A DNA stretch of 53,995 nt, counting the filler, from an uncultured virus (IMG/VR IMGVR_UViG_2061766007_002010) (taxonomy: Duplodnaviria > Heunggongvirae > Uroviricota > Caudoviricetes). It is 2 parts of one record of this genome, joined end to end, with 100 filler letters (N's around TTAATTAATTAA, not from the genome) between each part and the next. Parts side by side here need not be neighbours in the genome. Positions count along the whole stretch, not along the records: positions 1 to 23,337 come from IMGVR_UViG_2061766007_002010; 1 more part is not named here. One strand, written 5' to 3'. Positions 10,582 to 23,337 of the stretch are shown piece by piece; position 1 is the stretch's first letter, and each line of letters opens with the position of its first letter. Under the pieces are notes generated by a model. It did no database searches and was not told where the DNA came from. It saw only the letters and a program-made list of their open reading frames with translations. The position numbers and the translations under genes are program-made.

Positions 10582-12047
10582 AATTTAATAAGCAGGCAAA
10601 AGAGAATTCAAAGAATTCTACAGGTCAATCGAAGGCCATATCTTCGATGCAGACCGCATTGACTACACAGACCGGAATTCTTCAAGAGATTCTTAAAGTT
10701 TTGAAATCTGGTGTTGCGACTACTGGTACAGGTACGAAGGCACTATCTGTAAACGGCCAACAAAAAGAAATGGCCGNNNNNNNNNNNNNNNNNNNNNNNN
10801 NNNNNNNNNNNNNNNNNNNNNNNNNNNNNNAGATAGCTCCGTCTTCTATTCAACAGATTGCAACATTGACTTCTAGGGCTAATACGAAAGCAATGGAAGC
10901 TTCTACTAAAAAGCAGGCACAAGCTATTAGAACGCAGAAGATTGCACAGTCGTTTGTAACGCCGAAAGCAAAGGAAAAAGTACAAACTGTATCGAAATCC
11001 AGTGGTAATCTTTTTGGAAGTTTAAGTAAATTGCTACCTAGATTATTGGTAGGTCTTAAAAAAATCTTATTTGCCGTATTTTCACCGGCAGCATTAATCG
11101 GTATGATTGTATCTCGATTCTTGCCGTATATTATTCTCGGTATCGCGTTCTTGTATGGATTATGGCAAGGTATAAAGGATCATCTTACTCAAATCTGGGA
11201 TGACTTGCCGGATATAATTTGGGACGGTTTGAAATTAGCCGGCAAGATTTTATGGGAAGGAATTCTATTTGTCAGTGATGTTATTTGGAAAGGTATAGAT
11301 TTAATCGGTGAAGTTCTTGCCAAAATAATGTTCAAGATTTATGAAAACTTTGGCGAATGGTGGGCACAATTTAAGGAAGTTGTAAGCTTTGGCTGGAACT
11401 GGTTAAAAGAAGCATTTACAAATTGGTTTGATAAGGCTGTAGCTGTTTTCAAATTCGGTATAGACTGGGTAAAGGGAACATTCTCCGAAATGGCAGTCGA
11501 CCTTAAGAATTCTGTTTTGGGATTTTTCAAGGGTATCGGAGATTATATCTCCAACTTTTTCGGCGGTATAAAAGACAAGATCGGTAATACTTGGCTTGGT
11601 AAGAAACTTGGTTTTGGTTCGTCACCGGAAACCGTAAATACCACTACGAATGTAACCAATACAACGAATAATAAAACTGATTCTAATGCTGATGCGTTTA
11701 AGATGATGACTAAGGAGATTACCGCTCCGATGAATCAAATGACTCGTCTTATAGAAAATCAGGATAAGTTGTTAAGAGAGATGAATATGACACCGGTTGT
11801 TCAGAATGCTAGTTTCAATACTAATATGACGCCGGTTAATGGAACAAATATCACTATTACACCGAATGACAACATTGCATCTACACTTGTAAGACAGACA
11901 ACAAATATCACGAATATGCAGACTGCAAACAACAAGGAAATTACTAGGGCATTCTCTGAAGGCGTAGATAGATTGGTTACTACATTGAATGATAACTATC
12001 AGGCAAGCTTGATGGAAAAGAATCCACCAGTTACAACAGCGGGGTAA
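10582..12047 (+). CDS. Tape-measure-like protein (5' part lost in gap)
   Basis: Amphipathic Trp/Phe-periodic region (IWDDLPDIIWDGLKLAGKILWEGI...FGWNWLKEAFTNWFDK), hydrophobic segment and N/T-rich tail; tail module. Confidence 0.55.
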
Positions 12048-12050
12048 TGA

Positions 12051-13103
12051 ATGCCGTTTAGCGTATATAATTCTACAGGCTTGACAAGTAATAAGCTTGG
12101 GTCGGAATCTCCGGCCTTTGCTTCTAGGTTTTTCTCTTTACAAGAACGTACCGGTACTCAGGATTTAATTGATAAAAAGACGTCGATTTCTACAAAATAC
12201 AATATTACCGGTATAGCAATGGAAACGCCGCAAATTAGTTATTCTACTACTTTGGGCATTGCTCCGCATGTTTCTTTGGCTAACAAGGTTAATGACTTAT
12301 TTAAGAACGATTTATTTAAGTTGATGGCATCTTCTAACCGCGAATATAAGCCGCTGTTGCTTACAGACGGTTGGTCACAGCAATATCCTAAAGAAGGTGC
12401 GAAGGTTTCTGTCAATTTACATTTTCGTGCTTATCCGACAGAGATGTATAATACTACCGATTATTTTACAATTTTTAAAATGCTCTTCTATTGTTCTGCT
12501 CCTAAGAAATACGGATTTGGAAACAATATTACAATTCTTGACCAGGCCATAACTACAGCTGCAGAAAAGGGACTTTTGGCAGGTGACATTATCGGAAATA
12601 TGCTTATTGATTTTAACGAGTTACGTAAGCGTACTAACGGTTTTTCACAAGCGGATAAAGACGCATTTACAGATGCATTAAACCAATTTGACAAAGAGCT
12701 AGATGCACGAAAAGAAATTAGCGATAAGCTAAACTATGTTAATAATTATAACCTTAAAGCAACGGATCCTAAACAACGACTTATTGAATCCGCTGCATAT
12801 CTTGTAACCGCAATAGAAACATTTGCAGGAAATACTGAAACCGCTTGTCCTCGTTTTACGATGAGTTACGGTAATTTATTTCAGGCAGGTACATATAATT
12901 ATTGGATAATTGATAATTGGTCTTGTAAACCGAGCGTAAATACAACAATATTATCGGACGGTAGGATTTGCCCGATATATGTTGATTTTACTATAAACAT
13001 AAGAACTGCTGGTAAGGTCGGTACAACAGATTTGGCTAGTATGCTTATGGGAACTTCTAATAATATTGCAAAGACTGAAATTAAAACCCAATTAAATTCT
13101 TAA
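12051..13103 (+). CDS. Hypothetical tail/baseplate protein (possibly gp48/gp54-like tube-fold)
   Basis: 350 aa ORF; C-terminal IIDNWSCKPS...PIYVDFTINIRT resembles tube-initiator termini. Confidence 0.5.
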   Translation: MPFSVYNSTGLTSNKLGSESPAFASRFFSLQERTGTQDLIDKKTSISTKYNITGIAMETPQISYSTTLGIAPHVSLANKVNDLFKNDLFKLMASSNREYKPLLLTDGWSQQYPKEGAKVSVNLHFRAYPTEMYNTTDYFTIFKMLFYCSAPKKYGFGNNITILDQAITTAAEKGLLAGDIIGNMLIDFNELRKRTNGFSQADKDAFTDALNQFDKELDARKEISDKLNYVNNYNLKATDPKQRLIESAAYLVTAIETFAGNTETACPRFTMSYGNLFQAGTYNYWIIDNWSCKPSVNTTILSDGRICPIYVDFTINIRTAGKVGTTDLASMLMGTSNNIAKTEIKTQLNS

Positions 13104-14370
13104 TTCAGTTCTTAATACTTCATTCCATTGGTCAATCGAATACGTCTGGTCGAGTGAACAGGTTAATTCGAACTGGTAATAAACAGGTCTCTGAATAAAA
13201 TTAACTTCAGAACCGTTTACTACTTTTATGGTATTAATTTCTTGCGAAGGCTTGACAGTCCAGTCTTTGACAAAAACAGTCAACGGACGTTTGAAAAGGA
13301 AATTATCATACAAGTATAATGCCCATAATTTTTCGCCTAGTGCATTTACACGATTGAATTCACCGAATACACGAGTAGAACTGAAACGCAAAGACATAAT
13401 ATCAGATATATTAGAAGCAATATCTCCTATTTTACCGGTAAGCTCATGGAAAGATTGCATTGACTTTTTCAAGGCTTCTTGTTTTTGTCTTAACGGCGTT
13501 TGCGTTTCTGCCGCTGTTGTTGCTTTCTTATCTTTTTCTTTTTTAGCAGCTTCAGTATTCTTTTTGGTTTTATTGGTCATGTCAATACTGTCATATGCTG
13601 AGAATAATGCTTGGCCAACGCCCATGGTGTTTACAACGCCAGAAACGATATTTTGTACTTGGTTTCTGATACTTGACTGGTTTCCGGTATATGGCGAAGC
13701 ATACATGGACAATGCTTTTATCCAAACATCCGGATCTGTTTGACCGAGAGTATCGGCTGNNNNNNNNNNNNNNNNNNNNNNNNNNNNNNNNNNNNNNNNN
13801 NNNNNNNNNTAAGATATTCTTGAAGGAACTATCTGCCGTACCCAATGCTGCACAAGCATTGAATATGTCATTACTTATAAAATTGGAAATTGTATCTTGA
13901 GCAGTCTCGCCTGGACCTTCTGTAAACTCATAAGAAAAAGAAATCTCTGGAAGTTCTTCGAGCAACGCCGATAACATTACATAATAAGTATCGTGTTTGT
14001 CAACTACTGATTCTTTAACCAATCCTACAAAGTCAGAGAATTTTACTGCTGTAGATTCTTTCTTTTGTTCATCTGAAAGCTCATATTCCTTTACGTTATA
14101 AAGCTGATTGATAAAGTCCGTAGCGTCAAAAGTTACAAGGTGAATGCAAGAATTACCGATACCGGCATTTGAAGTTTCATGACTGAAGTTCTGACCAAAT
14201 CCATAGTTTTGGTTTGTTGTATATCCGAAAACCTCATTAAACGACTGTACTTCTGCATTGTTTTTTGCACTGTTTTTTGCATTTTGTGAAGAATTATATG
14301 CAGCAGTACCACCGGTATTAGAACCGTTGGTACCTACATTGCCTTGTAACATTGCCGGTTGTTGTGACAT
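13092..14370 (-). CDS. Hypothetical tail/baseplate protein, probable paralogue of 12051-13103 (gapped)
   Basis: ORFs 13591-14370 and 13092-13871 join across the N gap; C-terminal FVKDWTVKPS...PVYYQFELTCSL. Confidence 0.55.
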
Positions 14371-14377
14371 ATTTTAA

Positions 14378-17300
14378 TTATTCCTCATGAACTTCCAAAT
14401 CATCAACAGAAACTTGGTCATCAACTTCAAAACTGATATTATTTGTATTTATATATTCTGAAGAAGAGTAAGCATAAACAGCTTTTTCATAGTATAAAGA
14501 TTCTGGCTGAAGGTCATTAGGATAGTCACCAGTTCCGCCGCAAAGTGGACATGGTTTGGTTTCATCTTCTGGGTCAACACCAGTACCGTCACAAGTAGTA
14601 CATCTAGTTTCGACGATTTTTTCTGTATCGTCATGAACATGAGCATACATCTTACCAGTAGTGTCACCTCGATATTCTTTTGTTATAAAGTTCTGGTATT
14701 TACCAACTACATTATGTTGTTCTTCAGTAAATGTATTAAATTTATTAAATGTCATGTCCTTTAAAATGTTTGTATATACCCAGTTTTTATCAAAGTATAT
14801 TCTTTGAACACGAGCATTAGCAAAATTATCATCCTGTGTTTTAACATCTGTTTCGGTAATTACATAAAAACCAATTATATTGTCGACATCATCAGCATTT
14901 GATATTACACGATATAATACAGTGTCATTTTGATACTGAGATTCGTTTTTATCCCATGTCTTTTTATCGACAGTCACGGTAGAATAGATATAATTATAAC
15001 CGTAATCTACTTTGATATGTTGACCAGAACCAATGTGATAATAATATGATGTAAACTGACNNNNNNNNNNNNNNNNNNNNNNNNATTATAGTATTCATAA
15101 TACTTGTTGAAATCTTTTTCAGTTCCTTCAATTGGTACAGAATAGTATTTTCTAATAAGATAGTTAATATACGGTTCTGAAAGTTTAGAACCTTTTTCTG
15201 TAACCGTATTGGTTAATACCCTATTTTTGATATTAAGTTCATCAAGGTTTGATAGACTTGTAACATCTACAGGTGTTTTACCATTATACTCGGTTAAATC
15301 TTTAAATTCTAGTGCATTATAATAGTAATAACGAACCATTGATTTTGTACCGGCACAAATACGGCAACGGTTATCAGTACAAATACCCTTATCATGGTCT
15401 ACACTTCCATCAACATAAGCAGGACATGGATAACGTACAAGAATTTCTGGACCATTATCCGCATTTTTAGGATCATAATTGGGGTTTAAGTTATAATCGT
15501 ACATTCTAAGTCTACGCTTACCGTTACAGTAATCGCATTTTACTTGTTCGTTGCCTAAACATACAGGACAAGTAAAGTAGTCTTCACGAGAGTCCTGTTT
15601 TGCATAGATAGAACGAAGCTTTCGTTGATACATAATATTCAAGAAACCCTTATACTTTTTCTGGGATTCTATTGTATCTGGAATAAGCGTAATACCATTA
15701 TCTGTCTTTTCAGTTAACATTAAACCAATGTCATAATAAACGGATTTATTATTATTATACTTATAGAAAATGTAATTTTCAATAGAGGTATCAAACTTAT
15801 TTTGATAATAATTAAACACGCCTTCAGGATAATTGTTGTANNNNNNNNNNNNNNNNNNNNNNNNNNNNNNNNNNNNNNNNNNNNNNNNNNNNNNNNNNNN
15901 NNNNNNNNNNNNNNNNNNNNNNNNNNNNNNNNNNNNNNNNNNNNNNNNNNNNNNNNNNNNNNNNNNNNNNNNNNNNNNNNNNNNNNNNNNNNNNNNNNNN
16001 NNNNNNNNNNNNNNNNNNNNNNNNNNNNNNNNNNNNNNNNNNNNNNNNNNNNNNNNNNNNNNNNNNNNNNNNNNNNNNNNNNNNNNNNNNNNNNNNNNNN
16101 NNNNNNNNNNNNNNNNNNNNNNNNNNNNNNNNNNNNNNNNNNNNNNNNNNNNNNNNNNNNNNNGTTAAAGTGAATGCTGTAGGCCATTCATAATATAAAT
16201 TGTTATCGGCATCATATTTCTCTGAGTTTAAAACTTTACGGGTGGGTATATTAAGGTTAAAGATATATGGTGAATCTACAAAGCCATCGGTATATGTAAT
16301 CGTATTCGGAAAATCGTCTGAAGTACCATCTTCGTTTATATAGGCATATCCAATATTTAGCTTAAATATTGTAAGACTATCGGTATCAGATTCTGGCGGT
16401 CTGATATATTTGTTAATTTTATCTTCAGGTATTGTAATATGGCATTTAAACGTTACAACTAAAGACCTTGTAAAATTTGTAAATGATAACCCTGGAATAG
16501 CATTCTGATCGTAGGCATCAACAGTATCGTCACCATAACTGTTTCTGTATGCTATTGTACTGTTATTAGAAGCATTTATAAAATTAAGCCATTTACCGTA
16601 TTCTGGGTCATAATCTTGATCGTCATCACTAAAATTAGTTATGCGAGTAGTTCCATAAAAATAGTCAATAGGATAAATACTGGATGTTCTATCATCCGGT
16701 TCTGGCCATGGATCGGTTGGTTTTAATAATTTNNNNNNNNNNNNNNNNNNNNNNNNNNNNNTCTTAAATACAAGATTATTATTTTTATATAAATCTACTT
16801 TAAACGGATTATTTGTTTCAGAAACATACAGAGTATTATTACTAAATGGGAATATTGGAAGGTTTTTATCTTTTTGACAAATAAAATTCCAAATTTTATC
16901 AGTATCAGAAACGTCTGTATATGTTTCAATCAGCGGAGTGTGTAATGTACCATCTAAAGTTTCGATTTCACCACAATGTTTTAAGAAATTCTTAATACCT
17001 CCACTTTTATATACATAATACGAGCTGTAACTACTTTCATTTACAGATATTTGTTTATCTATATAATTAGGATAACCTGTATTATAAACATCACTAACAC
17101 CAAGATTATTATAAGTATCTTGGTCTGTACGATATACGGAATCTTCTGGTTTTTGCCACCAAACATATGCTTTTAACGGAATAAGATTTCCATTTTTATC
17201 GGTATAGTTTGTTTGATAATAACGGTAATCCTTTATTATCCATTTGGTAGTAATTTCATTGGTTACCAAATCTTTTGTTGTGATTTTATCAAAAACAGGA

Positions 17301-18151
17301 ATTGGGAATATGTATTTGCTTAAATCTTTCTGGTAATAAGGATCTTTACCTTCATTTTCGGCATTTGTCTTTTCTATAAGAGCATAGACATCTTCAAGTG
17401 AATTCAATGGTCTATACGTGGTTCCGTCAATATATACAAGTGTATTAAAGTCTGTAATTTTTTCTTTATACGGCCATGAATCTGTTTTTATATAAAATTC
17501 ATAGAAGTTTAATGTACCGCCATCTACAAGTTCTCGTCTACTTTTTTNNNNNNNNNNNNNNNNNATATAGTATTTACTTTTATTGTTGGTGCAGGCATAT
17601 AAGTATTGTCATTGCCGCGAGGAACGGTAATTTCTGTAGTAATAGTACCATTTACACAACCGGGATGAGTACATTTGGTTTCACTTTNNNNNNNNNNNNN
17701 NNNNNNNNNNNNNNNNNNNNNNNNNNNNNNNNNNNNNNNNNNNNNNNNNNNNNNNNNNNNNNNNNNNNNNNNNNNNNNNNNNNNNNNNNNNNNNNNNNNN
17801 NNNNNNNNNNNNNNNNNNNNNNNNNNNNNNNNNNNNNNNNAGTATAGTTATAGACTGTAATAAATCTGTCATAAGTACAGGTCTTGCATTCTACAAGGTG
17901 ACAACAGAAATAGACAAGAACTTGTTTTCTGTCTTTAAAAAGAATCTTNNNNNNNNNNNNNNNNNNNNNNNNNNNNNNNNNNNNNNNNCCGGCTTCGGAT
18001 ATTGGTTTCCGTATTCATCTCTGGCATTCGGGTCCCATTTTGGAACGATATGGTTTTCAGTTTCATAATTGGCACCGACATTATCTAGGCGCCAGAGGAT
18101 ATTATAGTATGCGTCTTCCAAACTTGTATTTATCTTATGCTTTATGACCAT
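14378..18151 (-). CDS. Very large Tyr/Asn-rich protein with multiple CxxCxGxG zinc-finger motifs, probable virion protein (gapped; may be more than one gene)
   Basis: Open segments between N runs: CTHPGCVNG, CPVCLG/CDYCNG, CRICAG, CTTCDGTG/CPLCGGTG; starts 4 nt from late promoter. Confidence 0.55.
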
Positions 18152-18155
18152 ACAT

Positions 18156-18167
18156 TATTTATAAATA
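18156..18167. promoter_or_regulatory. Palindromic bidirectional T4-type late promoter (TATTTATAAATA)
   Basis: Same geometry as 845-856: CAT-ACAT-TATTTATAAATA-AGGT-ATG. Confidence 0.8.
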
Positions 18168-18171
18168 AGGT

Positions 18172-18576
18172 ATGTTAGCATTAAGCGCAAATTCAGATTA
18201 TTTATCAAACGATAACTTTTCGTTGGTTAACGAATATTATGACTGGGACACGCAGTTTCATGACAATGAAATCTGGGGTGCGGACGCTATAAACCAGTCT
18301 ATCGAGATGGTTTTGACTACAGAACCACAAGAACGACTGTTCAATCCGACATTTGGCACGCCGTTGTTTAATCTGTTATTCGAAAATAGTTCAAATATTC
18401 AGAATATTATGCCATATGTTTATGATACAATCGAAACCTGGGTACCTATACAGATAGACCGTAACAATACGAACGTTCAGATTGACCCTAATAAACAGGT
18501 TGTATCTTTTCAGATTCCTTACACCTCGAATAACGGTGTAATAGCCGGAATTTTCGGCAGACGAATATATAGATAG
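18172..18576 (+). CDS. T4 gp25-like baseplate wedge protein (GPW_gp25)
   Basis: AINQSIEMVLTTEPQERLFNPTFGTPLFNLLFE signature. Confidence 0.85.
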   Translation: MLALSANSDYLSNDNFSLVNEYYDWDTQFHDNEIWGADAINQSIEMVLTTEPQERLFNPTFGTPLFNLLFENSSNIQNIMPYVYDTIETWVPIQIDRNNTNVQIDPNKQVVSFQIPYTSNNGVIAGIFGRRIYR

Positions 18577-18615
18577 CAAATATTTTTTTACTATATTTGT
18601 TAGTGAAAGGTTTAT

Positions 18616-21129
18616 ATGTTTAGTGAAAAATTTGAACAGTTATATAGTAATATTCAGAAGTTAAAGAATATAAAACTAAGGACTTTGAAAGCGCTCAAGT
18701 CCGATAAGAATAATATTGGATTTATTTCATTAAATACTAATTCATTTGAATTTGGAATTAAGAACCTGTGTTNNNNNNNNNNNNTTTGATAGAGTTTATA
18801 TCTATGCGGATAGTTCTGTTTTAAAAGAACAGATAGATGATATAGTTATTCAGAATGTCTTGAAGTTATTCAGCGACATTTTTGTTTTCTTAAAGCCGGA
18901 AGATGTTACACCGCAATACGAACAGTATAATCTTATCAAGGAACATCTGCATAATAACATTTATGTATTGCAGCCTTTTAGTAATTACGCATTATTAAAC
19001 CCGCCTTACATAAGCGAAGGCGTTGTTTATAGCCTTTCATACAGAAGAAATCTTCAGAGGTATGACTATTATAAGTCTATATTCAGTAATGTTAAATTTG
19101 ACGGTGCATTACAGGAAATCCATGAAGAATCGTTAAAAAATCCGTTACTCGACGATTTTTATATTCCCGCGAATACGCTTAAAAAGAACTGGCTCGATTT
19201 ATCGATAGACGGTTATAATTCATTATCGAATTATCTTTCTATTGTTTTCATAGTTAACAAGNNNNNNNNNNNNNNNNNNNNNNNNNNNNNNNNNNNNNNN
19301 NNNNNNNNNNNNNNNNNNTAAGTATCTGAAAGAACACGATTTTCAGAAAGAAAAATGGCTAGAAGTTTTTGAAGATTATACAGTTACTGATTTTAATTTT
19401 GACCTTTGTAATGCGAATATGGAAATTGCATTTGTCAATTCGTATGTTCATTATATTACGGTTGAAAATATCAATAACATAACGACATTAATGCCGAAGC
19501 TGTTTTCTAAGATTAGGGTTGTCGATAATGTTGATATGAAATATTCAGAAAAACATATAAGCAAGCTTGGCCATGTCATTCGTAAGTCTGTACCGTTGGT
19601 TATTGACTATAACAATAAGGACCAGCTTTTCAAGAAGAAGAAAAGTTATAATCCTAATCGTTATTACGNNNNNNNNNNNNNNNNNNNNNNNNNNNNNNNN
19701 NNNNNNNNNNNNNNNNNNNNNNNNNNNNNNNNNNNNNNNNNNNNNNNNNNNNNNNNNNNNNNNNNNNNNNNNNNNNNNNNNNNNNNNNNNNNNNNNNNNN
19801 NNNNNNNNNNNNNNNNNGAAGGAATTGGGTATTGTCTTTGAGAATACTCAGCAGTTTATGGAAGCAATAAAAGGTCAGAAGTATGAAATTATAGACTATA
19901 CTAAGTTCGGAATATGCTTGCCAAAGGATTTTGATAAGTATAACAGTATTTTCTTTCGTGCTGCCAATACGTATACTACCTTGCTNNNNNNNNNNNNNNN
20001 NNNNNNNNNNNNNNNNNNNNNNNNNNNNNNNNNNNNNNNNNNNNNNNNNNNNNNNNNNNNNNNNNNNNNNNNNNNNNNNNNNNNNNNNNNNNNNNNNNAG
20101 CTGGCCAGGACAGACCGATTGTTAATCATGTAGATGATGTAACTATATTGCGTAATCGTTGCTTCAAGTATTTTGATTCTACAGACATGACAGGTCTTCA
20201 GGTTTACAATCATTCACTTGAAGAGCTGATGAAGTATTGTAAGACCGATAATTTGATTATTCTCGATAATAAGAGCCTTGTAAAAGGAGACTTATTGGCA
20301 TTTGTTGATACGTCGTATCGTGTAGTTAGTGACCCTAAACGTTCTATTGTTTATCTGAACATGAAGCGTATTCGAAAGGAACGTTTGAATGCTTATGTAA
20401 ATGATACTGACGATATGTATTCAAATTTAATCGATGATAGCTGTTTTGAAAAATCCAGTTATAATCAGTTGGTAACTGCCGACCATAATCATACTGATGT
20501 TTTGTTTATCGATTGGATAATGAAATATAAGCATTTATGGGCTAAGGACTATTATGACGTTGTAGTTTCGTTTACAACCTTTAGAGGCCGTATTTACGAT
20601 AGCACAACACTTCAGGTTATTTCTGCATTGGTTAAGCAGCAAACAAGGTTTAATTACAAGGTTATTATGGTTCTCAGTAGAGAAGAACTTGGAAGTAACT
20701 TTGCGATGCCTGAAGGAATACAACATCTTCTTGAATGTTTCCCGAACTTCGAAGTTCTCTGGACTGACAAGGACACGAAGCCTTTGAAGAAACTAGACCC
20801 GACAATGGAAAAATATCCGGATATTCCGATTATTACATTGGATGACGACGATTTGTGTGACCCGTTTATCGTGGAACACATGATGACCGAGCATATTTTG
20901 GATCCGTTTTATGCTCTTGGAACTTGGATGGAACCGACTCCCAACATGGTTCGTTGGGTAGNNNNNNNNNNNNNNNNNNNNNNNNACAGGATTATTATAC
21001 ATATTATGACGGAATCTTGGATGATAACTTCAACGCCATGCGTTGTGCATACAAGATGACACCCGTTAAGGAAGTGAGCTTCAAGCACAACCAAAAGTTG
21101 AATCAAACTGATTTGAAACTGGCTCGTGA
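18616..21129 (+). CDS. Multidomain protein ending in a GT-A (family 2-like) glycosyltransferase domain (gapped; may be two genes)
   Basis: ATG 18616 with SD AAAGG; segments open between gaps; VVVSFTTFRGRI...DTKPLKKLDPTMEKYPDIPIITLDDDD (DxD) motif. Confidence 0.6.
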
Positions 21130-22099
21130 NNNNNNNNNNNNNNNNNNNNNNNNNNNNNNNNNNNNNNNNNNNNNNNNNNNNNNNNNNNNNNNNNNNNNNN
21201 NNNNNNNNNNNNNNNNNNNNNNNNNNNNNNNNNNNNNNNNNNNNNNNNNNNNNNNNNNNNNNNNNNNNNNNNNNNNNNNNNNNNNNNNNNNNNNNNNNNN
21301 NNNNNNNNNNNNNNNNNNNNNNNNNNNNNNNNNNNNNNNNNNNNNNNNNNNNNNNNNNNNNNNNNNNNNNNNNNNNNNNNNNNNNNNNNNNNNNNNNNNN
21401 NNNNNNNNNNNNNNNNNNNNNNNNNNNNNNNNNNNNNNNNNNNNNNNNNNNNNNNNNNNNNNNNNNNNNNNNNNNNNNNNNNNNNNNNNNNNNNNNNNNN
21501 NNNNNNNNNNNNNNNNNNNNNNNNNNNNNNNNNNNNNNNNNNNNNNNNNNNNNNNNNNNNNNNNNNNNNNNNNNNNNNNNNNNNNNNNNNNNNNNNNNNN
21601 NNNNNNNNNNNNNNNNNNNNNNNNNNNNNNNNNNNNNNNNNNNNNNNNNNNNNNNNNNNNNNNNNNNNNNNNNNNNNNNNNNNNNNNNNNNNNNNNNNNN
21701 NNNNNNNNNNNNNNNNNNNNNNNNNNNNNNNNNNNNNNNNNNNNNNNNNNNNNNNNNNNNNNNNNNNNNNNNNNNNNNNNNNNNNNNNNNNNNNNNNNNN
21801 NNNNNNNNNNNNNNNNNNNNNNNNNNNNNNNNNNNNNNNNNNNNNNNNNNNNNNNNNNNNNNNNNNNNNNNNNNNNNNNNNNNNNNNNNNNNNNNNNNNN
21901 NNNNNNNNNNNNNNNNNNNNNNNNNNNNNNNNNNNNNNNNNNNNNNNNNNNNNNNNNNNNNNNNNNNNNNNNNNNNNNNNNNNNNNNNNNNNNNNNNNNN
22001 NNNNNNNNNNNNNNNNNNNNNNNNNNNNNNNNNNNNNNNNNNNNNNNNNNNNNNNNNNNNNNNNNNNNNNNNNNNNNNNNNNNNNNNNNNNNNNNNNNN

Positions 22100-22908
22100 A
22101 GATCCTGAATTTTTCGAAGTCTATGATGCTTGTGTAGTTGACGAATGTCATCAGGCCAAATGTAACGTTGTTACAAGGCTCTTGAAGCTCATGCACAATG
22201 CGGAATACAAGATTGGTACATCTGGTACTTTGCCTACTGAAATTTCCGAGCAGTTACAGATTAACAGTGTTATCGGTAATGTCCTTTTCGAATTGAAGTC
22301 CTGCGAACTTATTGCCCGCGGTTATCTTACTAAGTTGAATATCGCGGCAATCTTCCTTAAATATCCTTTGTCTTTTATCGAGGAAAACAAGGAAAGAACT
22401 TATCCGGAAGAAGTCAAGATGGTTGAGGAATATCCGAATAGGAACAAGGTATTGAATTTCATTATTGACCATACATCGCCAATGAACAATATGCTTATCC
22501 TTGTTAACCATAGGAATCATCTTAAGGACGTCGAGGATTACTTGCATAAGAATTATCCGGAAAAGAAGGTAAGTATCATTACTGGAGATGTCAAGGCTAA
22601 GGTTCGTGAAGAAATCCGTGTCGGTATTGAAGACGAAGATGGAACTATTTTGCTTGCGACTTATCAAACCATGTCTACNNNNNNNNNNNNNNNNNNNNNN
22701 NNNNNNNNNNNNNNNNNNNNNNNNNNNNNNNNNNNNNNNNNNNNNNNNNNNNNNNNNNNNNNNNNNNNNNNNTATTGTCGACGACCTCAGCTACAAGAAG
22801 AGGACTGGACGTATTGCCAAGAATTATTGTATGCAGCATTTTGATGAACGCTCCAGTTATTATATTGAACAGGAGTTTCCGGTTATTACAACAAAGTTGG
22901 ATATATGA
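22100..22908 (+). CDS. uvsW: UvsW-like superfamily 2 DNA helicase, C-terminal part
   Basis: VVDECHQAK (motif II), IGTSGTLP (motif III), LLATYQTMS, IVDDLSYK...NYCMQHFDERSSYY typical of UvsW homologues; 5' part in gap. Confidence 0.8.
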
Positions 22909-23317
22909 TAGAAGATAGATTATCAGAAATGAAAGCCACGTTCGCCACATTCAATGGATTGGACGACAAGTGGAAGTACCTTATCTCGCTAGCGAAGTCG
23001 CACATGCCGATGAGCAGTGAGTATAAGAAAGAAGATTATATTGTTCCGGGTTGTTCGACGACAATGTACCTGGTACCGAAGTGCGACGGTCNNNNNNNNN
23101 NNNNNNNNNNNNNNNNNNNNNNNNNNNNNNNNNNNNNNNNNNNNNNNNNNNNNNNNNNNNNNNNNNNNNNNNCTCGGTTGACAAAAAGTTCTTTGAAAAT
23201 ATCGGACTTAATGTCGGATTGACTCCTACGAGAAATAACGGATTTGCCAGCATACTGGATAAAATCTATAAGTCAGCTACTGTATATAGTATGATTTACG
23301 ATAAAAAGCCGGAATAA
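22905..23317 (+). CDS. sufE: SufE-family Fe-S cluster assembly (cysteine desulfurase activator) protein
   Basis: DKWKYLISLAK...VPGCSTTMYLV (conserved Cys) and FFENIGLNVGLTPTRNNGFASIL (LxPxRxNG); ATGA overlap with helicase. Confidence 0.8.
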
Positions 23318-23337
23318 AAAATGGCATAAAATCGCAA

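Noticed and set aside
21130..22099. Long ORFs spanning N runs (also 15841-16163 and 28131-28800)
   Set aside because: Artefacts of translating N as X
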